Of a stretch of DNA of 64,000 nucleotides, positions 11,461 through 20,892 are shown piece by piece; position 1 is the stretch's first letter; each line of letters opens with the position of its first letter. The stretch spans positions 13,614 to 77,613 of the forward strand of contig JBBRSB010000024.1 in the NCBI GenBank assembly GCA_038245785.1, given 5' to 3'. A model generated the notes under the pieces. That model ran no database searches and had not been told where the DNA came from. It saw only the letters and a list, made by a program, of their open reading frames with translations. This DNA is from Gloeobacterales cyanobacterium. Its GTDB lineage: Bacteria > Cyanobacteriota > Cyanobacteriia > Gloeobacterales > PMM-0068. Both the position numbers and the translations under genes were made by a program.

Positions 11461-11820
11461 ATGGAAATTAAAGATTTAGCTCATATCCAAAGAGAATTTG
11501 ACGCTAAACATGGATGGATGCTGGAGTCTGACAACTCCAAGGCAAGGCTCGAAATAATTAACAAGGACTTAATAGGTCTTTTTGGTGAGATCGGCGAGTT
11601 CGCAAATCTTGTTAAAAAGCTGAATATTGATATGGAAAAGTCAAAGGATACATTTGAGTTAAAACTATCTGATTTTCAAGATAGTTTAAGTGAGGAATTA
11701 ATAGATAGCTTTATCTACTTATTTAGAATTGCAACCCATTTAGATTTAGATATAGAAAATTCTTACTTGAAGAAGCTTTCTATAAATAGGGAAAAATACA
11801 GAAAATATGAAGAGCAATAA
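11461..11820 (+). CDS. MazG-like (all-alpha) nucleotide pyrophosphohydrolase
   Basis: QREFD..HGW, GEIGEFANLVKK, EELIDSFIYL, DLDIE...KK...N..KY; AGGAG RBS. Confidence 0.85.
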   Translation: MEIKDLAHIQREFDAKHGWMLESDNSKARLEIINKDLIGLFGEIGEFANLVKKLNIDMEKSKDTFELKLSDFQDSLSEELIDSFIYLFRIATHLDLDIENSYLKKLSINREKYRKYEEQ

Positions 11821-12895
11821 AAAATATACTGCTTCTTTTCGTGTAAAAGACATAGTTATACCCTCTAGGATTTTCCTGGCTCCAATCAATACTGGTTTTG
11901 GTAAGGATGGGAACCCAACCTCAAACCTTATACTGTTTCATACAGCAAGATCAGGTAAAGGAATAGGTATAAGTTATGTTGGAAATGTAGCCGTCGATCC
12001 TGCTTTTGTTACAAACAATAACACGTTGTTTTTTACAAAGAACCTTGATCAGTGGAAGAAGCTTACAGAGGAGATTTGTTCCAATGGTTCTTTGCCAGGA
12101 ATTCAAATAGCATGTCGCAATACTGCACTGAAACCTCCAAGACAATGGCTAAATCAAGATGCTAGTTCTTATATTCAAGTGACACGACATGAAATAGCTT
12201 CATATTCGCAGGAGTTTCTGGGAAAAATAGCCCAAAATTTTATTCGAAGTGCACAAATTGCCTATGAAGTTGGCTTTAAGGCAGTTCAAATTCATGCTGC
12301 TCATGGGTATTTTATTTCTAACTTTTTAAACCCCAAATTGAATGGTCGAAAAGATATATATGGAACCAAGAAAACTTTGCTGCTAGAGATGATAGTTGAA
12401 GGTATTCGTTCGATTTTACCAGATATTATTCTAGATGTTCGCATATCATTGCTAGACGGACTGGGAAATAGAGAAATTGAATTGACTGAAAAAGAGCCTA
12501 TCATCTATGATATTGCTGAACTAGACGTTGATATAATTAGTATTTCGAACGGGACATATGATATCAATAAACAGTTGATTTATCCTCCTGCTGAATGGGG
12601 ACATAGTGTTTTTATTGACATTGTTACTCCATTTGCTTTAAGACATCCTGGCAAACTATGGAATGTTGCCGGAAATATATGGGACTTGAATTTGCTGCCT
12701 TCTGAACTTCCAGTTAATATATCTTTTTCTGTAGGTCGTTCATTAATAGCTGATCCAGATTTTATTATTAAGTCTGTTAGTGGGCTGCATGATTCTATCC
12801 AGACTTGCACTAGGACTAATTTGTGCCATTACTACTCAAGAGATCTACCAAATATTGCTTGTCCCATGGATAGGCATTTGAGGCAATTCATATAA
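11807..12895 (+). CDS. NADH:flavin oxidoreductase / Old Yellow Enzyme family TIM-barrel protein
   Basis: RIFLAPINT, VQIHAAHGYFISNFLNP..N.RKDIYG, VRIS, GRSLIADPDF; Cys-containing C-terminal tail (CTRTNLC...C). Confidence 0.82.
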   Translation: MKSNKKYTASFRVKDIVIPSRIFLAPINTGFGKDGNPTSNLILFHTARSGKGIGISYVGNVAVDPAFVTNNNTLFFTKNLDQWKKLTEEICSNGSLPGIQIACRNTALKPPRQWLNQDASSYIQVTRHEIASYSQEFLGKIAQNFIRSAQIAYEVGFKAVQIHAAHGYFISNFLNPKLNGRKDIYGTKKTLLLEMIVEGIRSILPDIILDVRISLLDGLGNREIELTEKEPIIYDIAELDVDIISISNGTYDINKQLIYPPAEWGHSVFIDIVTPFALRHPGKLWNVAGNIWDLNLLPSELPVNISFSVGRSLIADPDFIIKSVSGLHDSIQTCTRTNLCHYYSRDLPNIACPMDRHLRQFI

Positions 12896-13007
12896 TTATT
12901 CAGCTATCCTTTGAGCTTCTACTCAATCAATAATAATGTTGTGATACATTATGGGAGCGCTACACTGAGGGCATCGTTAGAATCTGGCACCCTAGAGGCA
13001 TGCCGCT

Positions 13008-13325
13008 ATGACCTACTCGACCACTGACTACAAACATATTCAACTCGATGACAACGGTATTCCTATCATTGAAGGAACCACGATGAAAGTTGTAGAGTTG
13101 ATTACCTCCCACCTTACCTATGGCTGGAGTCCTGAAGAACTGCACTTCCAGTATCCTCATATTGCGCTTGGCAAAATTTACTCAGCGCTGGCCTACTACT
13201 GGGATCACCAAAATGCGCTTGATGCAGACATTCAATCCCGATTTAAGAAAGTCGAACACCTCCGTCAGGGTGCCCTGCCCTCTCGCATTGCCCAAAAACT
13301 TAAGGAACGCGGAATGCTTTCATGA
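13008..13325 (+). CDS. DUF433-domain putative antitoxin
   Basis: G.PIIEGT.MKV.ELI...GWSPEELHFQYPHI.LGKIYSALAYYWDH. Confidence 0.85.
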   Translation: MTYSTTDYKHIQLDDNGIPIIEGTTMKVVELITSHLTYGWSPEELHFQYPHIALGKIYSALAYYWDHQNALDADIQSRFKKVEHLRQGALPSRIAQKLKERGMLS

Positions 13326-13669
13326 GCATTGCGCTCTACATGGATGAAAACGTCCCGCGTCAGATCACAGTCGGACTACGTCTACGCGCTATCGACGTGA
13401 TAACGGTCCAAGAAGATCAACGAACCGGATTGCCAGACCCTCAAGTCCTCAATCGTGCCACCAAGCTCCAGCGAGTCTTATTTTCCAGAGACGATGATCT
13501 TTTAGCAATTGCCCATCAAAGACAGCAAACAGGCAAACTCTTTTATGGCGTGATTTATTCCCATCCTCAAGGCAGCAGCATTGGCAATTGCGTCCGCGAC
13601 TTGGAACTCATTGCCACCTTGTGCGACTCAGAGGACTGCATCAACCAAGTGCAGTACCTCCCTCTATAA
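13322..13669 (+). CDS. DUF5615 PIN-like putative toxin
   Basis: LYMDENVP...LR.RAIDV.TV.E...G..D..VL..A....RVLFSRDDDLL; overlaps the DUF433 stop codon. Confidence 0.85.
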   Translation: MSIALYMDENVPRQITVGLRLRAIDVITVQEDQRTGLPDPQVLNRATKLQRVLFSRDDDLLAIAHQRQQTGKLFYGVIYSHPQGSSIGNCVRDLELIATLCDSEDCINQVQYLPL

Positions 13670-13793
13670 ACAGCATTGAAAATCTTGTAGGTAAGTAATG
13701 AAGGGGTGGTGTATGACCGACGGGAAAAAGAGGCCAAACCTAAAGCCTCTGCTCTAATGGAGATCTGATAGAAGAATTTGACGTAGTTGAACT

Positions 13794-14468
13794 ATGTGCG
13801 GACGTTTTACTCTAACCCAAACCCCTGAAGCGGTTGCTGAAGCTTTCGATCTTGACGAAGACGACATGCCCGATTTCCCCGCCCGCTATAATATTGCCCC
13901 CGCACAGCCCATAGGGACGATTGTGGAAGACAGGGATTCGAAAAACCGGACATTCCGACTGATGCGCTGGGGCCTGATTCCCTCCTGGGCAAAAGACCCT
14001 TCAATTGGCGCAAAGCTCATTAATGCCCGTTCCGAGACTGTCACCGAGAAACCCTCCTTTCGAGCAGCTTTTAAGTATCGCCGCTGTTTAATACCAGCTG
14101 ATGGATTCTATGAGTGGCAAAAGGCTCAGCCCGGCTCAAAACAATCATCAAAACAACCTTTTTACTTTTCCATGGCTGGCAACCGTCTCTTTGCCCTTGC
14201 CGGACTTTGGGAGTCATGGAACGACATAGAGACCTGCATCATTCTGACCACATCGGCCAACAGCCTTTTACAAACCATCCATGACCGGATGCCCGTTATT
14301 TTGAATCGCGAAGATTATGGCCGCTGGCTAGACCCTACAGTACAAGATGCGGAGGTCTTGAAGGATTTACTGCAACCTTACCCGGACGAACCTATGCAAG
14401 CGATTCCAGTGAGCACAAGAGTGAATTCTGCCAAGTTTGACGATGCCCTTTGCCTTAAACCGCTATAG
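13794..14468 (+). CDS. SRAP / SOS response-associated peptidase (HMCES/YedK-like abasic-site protein)
   Basis: N-terminal MCGRF, RYNIAP, WGLIP, INARSET, RCLIPADGFYEW, IHDRMPVIL. Confidence 0.93.
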   Translation: MCGRFTLTQTPEAVAEAFDLDEDDMPDFPARYNIAPAQPIGTIVEDRDSKNRTFRLMRWGLIPSWAKDPSIGAKLINARSETVTEKPSFRAAFKYRRCLIPADGFYEWQKAQPGSKQSSKQPFYFSMAGNRLFALAGLWESWNDIETCIILTTSANSLLQTIHDRMPVILNREDYGRWLDPTVQDAEVLKDLLQPYPDEPMQAIPVSTRVNSAKFDDALCLKPL

Positions 14469-14588
14469 ACCACTTGGGGGAATTCCGCTATACCTCGGAC
14501 GGTAGATGCATTTGCAGAGGAAGTACGGCCTGATCGTAAAAGCTTCAAATCGATACAGCCTTTCGACAAATTCTACGGAGAATGAATC

Positions 14589-15641
14589 GTGAAATATAAG
14601 CTATTGGGCAAAAGCGGACTTCGTGTTTCTGAACTTTGTCTCGGTACGATGACCTTTGGCGAAGATTGGGGTTGGGGTGCATCCAAAGATGAAAGCCGTC
14701 AAATCTTTGATACGTTTGTCGAAGCAGGTGGAAACTTTATCGATACAGCGAACGGCTACACCGATGGCAGTAGTGAAAAGATTGTTGGTGAATTCATTGC
14801 TTCGGATCGAGAACGCTTTGTTGTTGCGACCAAGTATTCATTTCCGAATCACATGGGCGATCGTAATGGTAATCCCAATGGCAGTGGTAATCATCGAAAA
14901 AATTTGATGCAATCGCTTGAAGGCAGCTTAAAACGATTGAACACCGATTATGTGGATCTATTTTGGCTGCACGCTTGGGACTTTACTACACCTGTTGAAG
15001 AAGTGATGCGTGCTTTTGATGACATGGTACACCAAGGAAAAGTGCTTTACATAGGCATTTCCGATACGCCTGCTTGGATTGTGGCAGAGGCGAATACCTT
15101 AGCCCGATGCTATGGATGGACTCAATTCGTGGCCACGCAGATCGAGTACAGCTTAGTTGAGAGAACGCCAGAACGAGATTTGCTACCGATGGCAAAAGCG
15201 TTTGATTTGGCGGTGACACCCTGGTCGCCATTAGCAGGAGGGGTGTTGACGGGGAAATACAGTCAGTCGAATGGCAACAGTCAATCCACTTCGCGTGGCC
15301 AAGACATTCCTGAGCGCAGCTTAAAGATTGCTCAAGTCGTGGGAGAGATTGCTCAAGATATAGGGCGCTCATCGGCTCAAATTGCCTTGGCCTGGATTCG
15401 TGCCCAGAGCCCGCAGATGATCCCAATTATTGGTGCCCGAAAGCTAGAGCAATTGCAAGATAACCTCAAGTGTTTGGAAGTGACGTTATCGCCTGAACAG
15501 TTGCAGCGGCTCAATCAAGTCAGTCAGATTGAACTGGGCTTTCCACATGACTTTTTGGGTAGTGACATGATTCACGATCGCTTATTTGGCGGCACGTTCG
15601 AGGCGATTGATAATCCTCGACAAATCATGACGCGCGCCTAA
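14589..15641 (+). CDS. Aldo/keto reductase
   Basis: GLRVSELCLGTMTFG, FIDTANGY, VATKY, SLKRLNTDYVDL, PWSPLAGG. Confidence 0.92.
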   Translation: MKYKLLGKSGLRVSELCLGTMTFGEDWGWGASKDESRQIFDTFVEAGGNFIDTANGYTDGSSEKIVGEFIASDRERFVVATKYSFPNHMGDRNGNPNGSGNHRKNLMQSLEGSLKRLNTDYVDLFWLHAWDFTTPVEEVMRAFDDMVHQGKVLYIGISDTPAWIVAEANTLARCYGWTQFVATQIEYSLVERTPERDLLPMAKAFDLAVTPWSPLAGGVLTGKYSQSNGNSQSTSRGQDIPERSLKIAQVVGEIAQDIGRSSAQIALAWIRAQSPQMIPIIGARKLEQLQDNLKCLEVTLSPEQLQRLNQVSQIELGFPHDFLGSDMIHDRLFGGTFEAIDNPRQIMTRA

Positions 15642-15817
15642 AATATGACTTTGAAGGGGGGATGCTATTTAAAGCTACCAACATCATTCATTGTTTCAGA
15701 CCTCTCCCGTAAAATTATGTTTGGAATCTGGTACTAGGCCCAAAGGACGCATGGGACTGACCCGAAGCCGTGACCAGTTAGGATTAAGTCCGTTGACCAT
15801 CTTTAAAGGACCATCGA

Positions 15818-16102
15818 ATGCTGTTCATGATTGTTGAGCGGTTCAAAGATAATGACATGCTGCCAATCTATAAGCGTATTCGTGACGAAGGTAGAATGTT
15901 CCCTGAAGGTCTTAAGTATATTGATAGTTGGATAGAACCAAATTTTAGTAGATGCTTTCAGCTTATGGAGTGTGATGACTTGCGATTGCTGCAAGAATGG
16001 ATCTTAAAGTGGCGTGGTTCAGGAGCGACTTTTGAAATTGTTCCTGTAGTTAGTAGCCAAGAAACAAGAGGAGTTGTCGAGCCATGGCTTGACAACTTGT
16101 AG
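15818..16102 (+). CDS. DUF3303-family small protein
   Basis: MLFMIVERF...GRMFPEGLKYIDSW...RCFQLMECDD..LL.EW...W....FEIVPV. Confidence 0.7.
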   Translation: MLFMIVERFKDNDMLPIYKRIRDEGRMFPEGLKYIDSWIEPNFSRCFQLMECDDLRLLQEWILKWRGSGATFEIVPVVSSQETRGVVEPWLDNL

Positions 16103-17159
16103 GCCATTGACTGATCGTCGTCGACATGCGGCAATTGCGATCAAGTAAATTGCTGTCATGTATAAGGCCACACTGCCTAACAGTGTCCAACGAGTGCCCA
16201 CAGACAAAACGCTGTGGGTCGCCGTTTCGATGATCGTCTGCTCGGTCCCTACAGCAACTAATACCAGTTCCATCAGTATCGGTAAATGTCCGTAGTTAAA
16301 TGCATGAACGGACTTAATTCCGCGAATCACAACGGCTGTTTCTAAGAAATTGAAGTAAAGCCACCACAGACAGGCGGCAATGCCAAATCCACCAACGGCA
16401 GCCAGGGTGGGCAGAATACTCCACGAGCCGCTTGCCGTTGTACTAGAGACGGAGACGATCGATTCGCCCAACACAATCAGCGTGAATAAGCCAAATCGTT
16501 CTTACAGATGAGAGGGGTGCGCAGGAGTACCCGCGAGGATGCGCGTTCCCAAAATCGGCACCAAAAGTTCGATCATTATAGCGGCCCCATAGCGGCCCCA
16601 TAGCGGCCCCCCATAGCCAATAGCGGGTTGGATCTGGAAAAGCGAGTGATCCTAACCACAGGCTGGTACTAGGAATATAGGAGGCAAGATACAGCTTCAG
16701 ATTTGGTCGCGCTGCTTGCACATAGCGCGTGGCGCGGAAATACAAACCCAATACAATCGTTCGAATCGTGACATAGGCCAGCACAAAACCGACGGCTCCT
16801 GTATCAAAAGCATTATGGACATTGGCTGCTAAGAAAATCACAGCTAGCATTCCAGTCAAAATCAACAGGCGATGGGGAGGATCATCTGTGTTGTAGCGAT
16901 CGACGTAAAATGTTACCAGCACCCATACCCACCAGCACGGTACAAACGACGCCGTAAACTGGAGAAAACCGATCCAGGAAAGATGCTGTTCAAGCATGTG
17001 GCTGAGTTCAGCAATCACGACAACAAACACAAGATCAAAAAAGAGTTCTATCCAACTCGCGTGATTACTCTCTTCTTCCTCAGAGGCGACTCGTAGGCGC
17101 GGGCTTTTCCAGCGAGATGCAGCGGTTGAAGTTTGGGTAAGGGGCTGAGTCATGGCCAT
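16019..17159 (-). pseudogene. ltrA: Low temperature requirement protein A (LtrA) membrane protein, disrupted
   Basis: ASWIELFFDLVFVVVI and HL*ERFGLFTLIVLGES motifs. Frameshift from two extra copies of an 11-bp unit (16578-16610) plus an in-frame TAA at 16502-16504. Confidence 0.85.
16578..16610. repeat. Tandem repeat (ATAGCGGCCCC)x3
   Basis: Read directly from the sequence. Removing two units restores the ltrA frame (W-L-W-G-A-A-I-M-I-E). Confidence 0.9.
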
Positions 17160-17162
17160 AAT

Positions 17163-17420
17163 TTAGATAAATACCTGGTCAACGTAGCACCAGCGCCAGT
17201 TTTCACCGGGTTCGATGGATTGCACAATCGGATGTTGGGTTGCGTGAAAATGCTTTGTTGCGTGTTTATTCTTCGAGGAGTCGCAGCAACCGATCTGACC
17301 ACAGATCAAGCACTTACGCAGATGTACCCAAGTGTCGCCCAGTGCCAAACATTCTTCGCATCCGTTCGCACTGGGAGCTACGCTTTGAATCTGATTAACG
17401 TGTCGACAAGTGTTGCTCAT
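17163..17420 (-). CDS. UBP-type zinc finger protein
   Basis: C.H...GCEECL..GD.WVHLRKCLICG.IGCCDSSKNKHATKHFH.T.HP..QS.EPGE.WRWCYVD; start at ATG 17420. Confidence 0.9.
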   Translation of the reverse strand: MSNTCRHVNQIQSVAPSANGCEECLALGDTWVHLRKCLICGQIGCCDSSKNKHATKHFHATQHPIVQSIEPGENWRWCYVDQVFI

Positions 17421-17631
17421 GATATTTCCGATAATGTAAAGATCGGGTGAAGCCTGCTTCAAAAATTTCATACCGCTGAGCTAAAACATTCATCCATTGA
17501 TCGACCATGCTTTGTCCAGAATCTGCCCGCACGATCCGAAAGCGAGCACCATACTGCTGTCGTAAATCGCGTGCCACGGCTTGAAGCACCTCTGGATCAT
17601 CATCCACAGTCAAAATGACGGGCTTAGCCAT
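17395..17631 (-). pseudogene. N-terminal remnant of a response regulator (REC-thioredoxin reductase fusion type)
   Basis: MAKPVILTVDDDPEVLQAVARDLRQQYG.RFRIVRADSG, after which homology ends (~40 aa) before the phosphoacceptor Asp. Confidence 0.7.
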
Positions 17632-17672
17632 ATGGAAGAATCCATGCAACTACTTCAGTCTAGAGCAATGAT

Positions 17673-17831
17673 TTAGCTCGGCTCAAACTCCTCTTTAGTC
17701 GCCCCGCAAACAGGACAAACCCACTCAGCGGGTAAAGCATCAAAGGGGGTTCCTGGCGGTATTCCTGATTCAGGATCTCCTGCCGCAGGATCATAGGTAT
17801 AGCTGCAGACGCTGCATTTATGGACTTGCAT
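17673..17831 (-). CDS. Rubredoxin (52 aa)
   Basis: [52 protein letters not shown]; start ATG 17831. Confidence 0.93.
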   Translation of the reverse strand: MQVHKCSVCSYTYDPAAGDPESGIPPGTPFDALPAEWVCPVCGATKEEFEPS

Positions 17832-17836
17832 ATTGT

Positions 17837-18658
17837 TTATCCCTTGACGCCACTGCCTGTATCGGTTGGAATGATGAATCGCTGGAGAAAAACAAAAAAT
17901 ACTAAAATCGGGAGGATAGATATGACCGAGCCTGCCGCCACCAAACGCCAATCTTCAGCAAACGCACTAGATAGATTGGCAACCCCTAAGGGTAGGGTGT
18001 AGAACTTAGGGTCATCCAAGATAATCAAAGGCCACAGGAAATCTCCCCACATTGCAATAAAAGTAAATACCGCTAAAGTTGTCAAGGCCGGACGGATCGA
18101 AGGCAACATTACGTGCCACCAGATGCCCAGACTAGAATAGCCATCTACCCGTGCCGCCTCTTCCAGTTCCTTCGGTACGCCTGCAAAAGCCTGGCGCAGC
18201 AGGAAAATACCAAAGGCCGAAACCATGTATGGAAAAATAATGCCCATATAGGTATTTTTCAGATTGAGCTGTACCGCCAAGATGTAGAGGGGAATCATCG
18301 TGATCTGAAAGGGGATCATGATTGTGCCGATGATCGACCAGAAGACTAAAGTTTTTCCTTTGAAGTCAAAGCGTGCCAGAGGGTAAGCCGCTAAGGAACA
18401 AAACAGCAGATTCAAAATAACCGTGATCCCAGAGACTAAGACACTATTGAATAGATAGCGGCCAAAGGGATTGTTATTCCATACTTTGCTGAAGTTGCTA
18501 AACGTGGGAGCGGCTGGAAGGAGCTGGGGCGGATAGAGAAAAATATTTTCTTGACTCGATTTGAAGGCCGTACTGACCAGCCAAAGTAAAGGGCCAATCA
18601 TTAAGAGACCAATGATCAGTAAGAGGATGTATTGAAACGTATTTTTAGCGATGTTCAC
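17837..18658 (-). CDS. Carbohydrate ABC transporter permease (MalG-like)
   Basis: Multiple TM helices; EAA loop [12 protein letters not shown]. Confidence 0.92.
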   Translation of the reverse strand: MNIAKNTFQYILLLIIGLLMIGPLLWLVSTAFKSSQENIFLYPPQLLPAAPTFSNFSKVWNNNPFGRYLFNSVLVSGITVILNLLFCSLAAYPLARFDFKGKTLVFWSIIGTIMIPFQITMIPLYILAVQLNLKNTYMGIIFPYMVSAFGIFLLRQAFAGVPKELEEAARVDGYSSLGIWWHVMLPSIRPALTTLAVFTFIAMWGDFLWPLIILDDPKFYTLPLGVANLSSAFAEDWRLVAAGSVISILPILVFFVFLQRFIIPTDTGSGVKG

Positions 18659-19524
18659 TAGAGGGCTCCTCCCGTTGGGTCAACAGAACGGACGCTGAGC
18701 ACCGAGAGTACAAAAACCACAAGAAATAAGACGACGCCAATAGCAGAGGCATAGCCCATTTCTAAGCTGGAAAATCCCTTTTCATAGAGATAGTAAACAA
18801 TCGTTTTAGAACTATTAGCAGGTCCGCCTCGAGACATCACATAGACTTCTTCAAAGACTTTCATTGCTGCAATTGCAGAGATAACGGTTACTAAAGTAAT
18901 GTAGGGCTTTAATAGGGGGATTGTGATATCTACATGCTTACGCCAACCGTCTGAGCCATCGATAGCCGCTGCTTCATAGAGGTCTTGGGGAATGGTCTGT
19001 AAACCAGCGAGATAAATTACCATGTAATATCCCAACCCTTTCCAAATGGTGACGGCAATGATCGCGAAAATAGCTGTGCTTGAATTGGTCAACCAGGGGA
19101 TTTTTACAGAGCTGAAGATAGATATGAAATAGTTTAGTAAACCATTCTCCGCATAGATCCATTTCCAAGCGATCCCCGCTACTACGACAGAGACAATGAC
19201 GGGGACATAGTAGGCTGCTCGAAAAAATTGAATTCCTCTTAGCTTTTGATTGACCAAAATAGCAAGAAAAAGCGGCAAGATAACCAAGGAAGGAACTGCC
19301 ACGACCATATAAATTAGGGTATTGAATAAGACTTTCCAAAAAAGTTGGTCTTTCCAAAGCTGCTCATAGTTTTTGAGTCCAATGAAATTGGGAGAGCCGA
19401 TAATGTCATAGTCTGTGAAACTTAAGTAGATTGCTTGCAGTACAGGCCAGAAAGAAGATACTGCCAAGATTAAGAGGGCAGGCAATAGAAAAACATAGGG
19501 AGTTAGGGTTCTATTGAGCTTCAT
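18658..19524 (-). CDS. Carbohydrate ABC transporter permease (MalF-like)
   Basis: IPQDLYEAAAIDG EAA motif; GYASAIG; probable start ATG 19524. Confidence 0.92.
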   Translation of the reverse strand: MKLNRTLTPYVFLLPALLILAVSSFWPVLQAIYLSFTDYDIIGSPNFIGLKNYEQLWKDQLFWKVLFNTLIYMVVAVPSLVILPLFLAILVNQKLRGIQFFRAAYYVPVIVSVVVAGIAWKWIYAENGLLNYFISIFSSVKIPWLTNSSTAIFAIIAVTIWKGLGYYMVIYLAGLQTIPQDLYEAAAIDGSDGWRKHVDITIPLLKPYITLVTVISAIAAMKVFEEVYVMSRGGPANSSKTIVYYLYEKGFSSLEMGYASAIGVVLFLVVFVLSVLSVRSVDPTGGAL

Positions 19525-20792
19525 GCCAGAGCGTTCCACTGTTCTGCAGCACTGGCAATCGCCTGATCGGTTGTCTTTTCTCCGAGCATCGCCTGTTGCA
19601 GTTCGTCATAGATGAATTTCTGCAACTTATCTACATTTTTGACAGGGGGAACTAAAACTTCTGCTTGTGCCAATTGGGAAGCGCTAATTATCCGTGCTTT
19701 CGCTTCTACATCAGAGGATAAACTTTGGGCCGCGAAATAGGGGTCTTTGGCCGCTTGAACGGCAGAAGGCAGTTGATTAGCCACCTTGGAAAAACTCAGC
19801 TGGTTCATTGCGTTGGTAAGGAATAGAGCGAATTTGACAGCATTGTCCAGGTTCTTAGAACTGCTAGGAACCACCACATTCATGGCACTAGCACTCTTCT
19901 TGCCGTTAGGGCCGACAATTTGGGTAGAAACATCCGATATCTTGGCAATATCAGGAGCGTTTAACTTGATTGCCTGCATAAATTCGGGACCCGTGAGCAG
20001 CATCGCCAGCTCCCCTGCCTGATAGAGTTCTACCGCTTTACGATGGCCTTCGGTCAAAATTTCGCGGGGAATGACCTTCTTTTTAAATAAATTTACCCAA
20101 TAGTCAAAGGCGGCCTTTCCCGCTGGATCGTTAAAAGCGGCTTTGCCGTCTGCGGTCAACAGAGGCATGCCCATTTGCACCATCGATTCTAAAACCAGCC
20201 CTCCATCCATCGTCAAAAGAAACGCATATTTTCCTGTTTTTGCCTTCAATTGTTCTGAAACAGTCGCCAACTCTTGATAGGTTTTAGGCGCTTGCCTAAT
20301 GCCTGCTTTCTCAAAAAGTTTGCGGTTGTAGACCGTTATATTCGTCCCTACGTACCAGGGCAGCCCAAAAATCTTATCCCCCAGCTGATTGGATTTCCAA
20401 ATATTGGGAAAATAAAGTGCTTGTTGCTCTTTGGAGAGTGTCTTCTGCATGTCCACAAGGGCATTTTTTTCGGCCAGCTTCGTGGCAAACTGTGGGTTCA
20501 AATTGACTACATCAGGAGCGGTCCCGGCAGAGACAGAAGTCAGGATTTTATTTTCCATATCTGCCCAGGGGACATCCACCCATTCCACGGCAACTTGAGG
20601 ATTCTGCTTGCTAAAATCTTTAACCAGACCGGCCATATAATCATCAAAGGTTGGCTTTAGCTGCATCGTCCAAAAGGTGATTTTGCTACCACTGGTACCG
20701 GCTGTCCCGACGGATGGACTCTCCTGTTGGCCGCAGGCTGCGAGTAAAAACAGAGCGCCGGAGGAAGCAATAAGGGTTCTTCTGGAAAGCAT
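19521..20792 (-). CDS. Sugar ABC transporter substrate-binding lipoprotein
   Basis: Twin-Arg/lipobox signal (SRR...LAAC); FWTMQLKP, APDVVNLNP; SBP family 1 character. Confidence 0.88.
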   Translation of the reverse strand: MLSRRTLIASSGALFLLAACGQQESPSVGTAGTSGSKITFWTMQLKPTFDDYMAGLVKDFSKQNPQVAVEWVDVPWADMENKILTSVSAGTAPDVVNLNPQFATKLAEKNALVDMQKTLSKEQQALYFPNIWKSNQLGDKIFGLPWYVGTNITVYNRKLFEKAGIRQAPKTYQELATVSEQLKAKTGKYAFLLTMDGGLVLESMVQMGMPLLTADGKAAFNDPAGKAAFDYWVNLFKKKVIPREILTEGHRKAVELYQAGELAMLLTGPEFMQAIKLNAPDIAKISDVSTQIVGPNGKKSASAMNVVVPSSSKNLDNAVKFALFLTNAMNQLSFSKVANQLPSAVQAAKDPYFAAQSLSSDVEAKARIISASQLAQAEVLVPPVKNVDKLQKFIYDELQQAMLGEKTTDQAIASAAEQWNALA

Positions 20793-20892
20793 ATGAGATG
20801 GACCGTCCCTAGACTTTTCGGATGATTATAGAACCCTGCACGGACGGGCATGTTAAATTTCAACATAATAGACACACCTCCACCAAAGCCTC

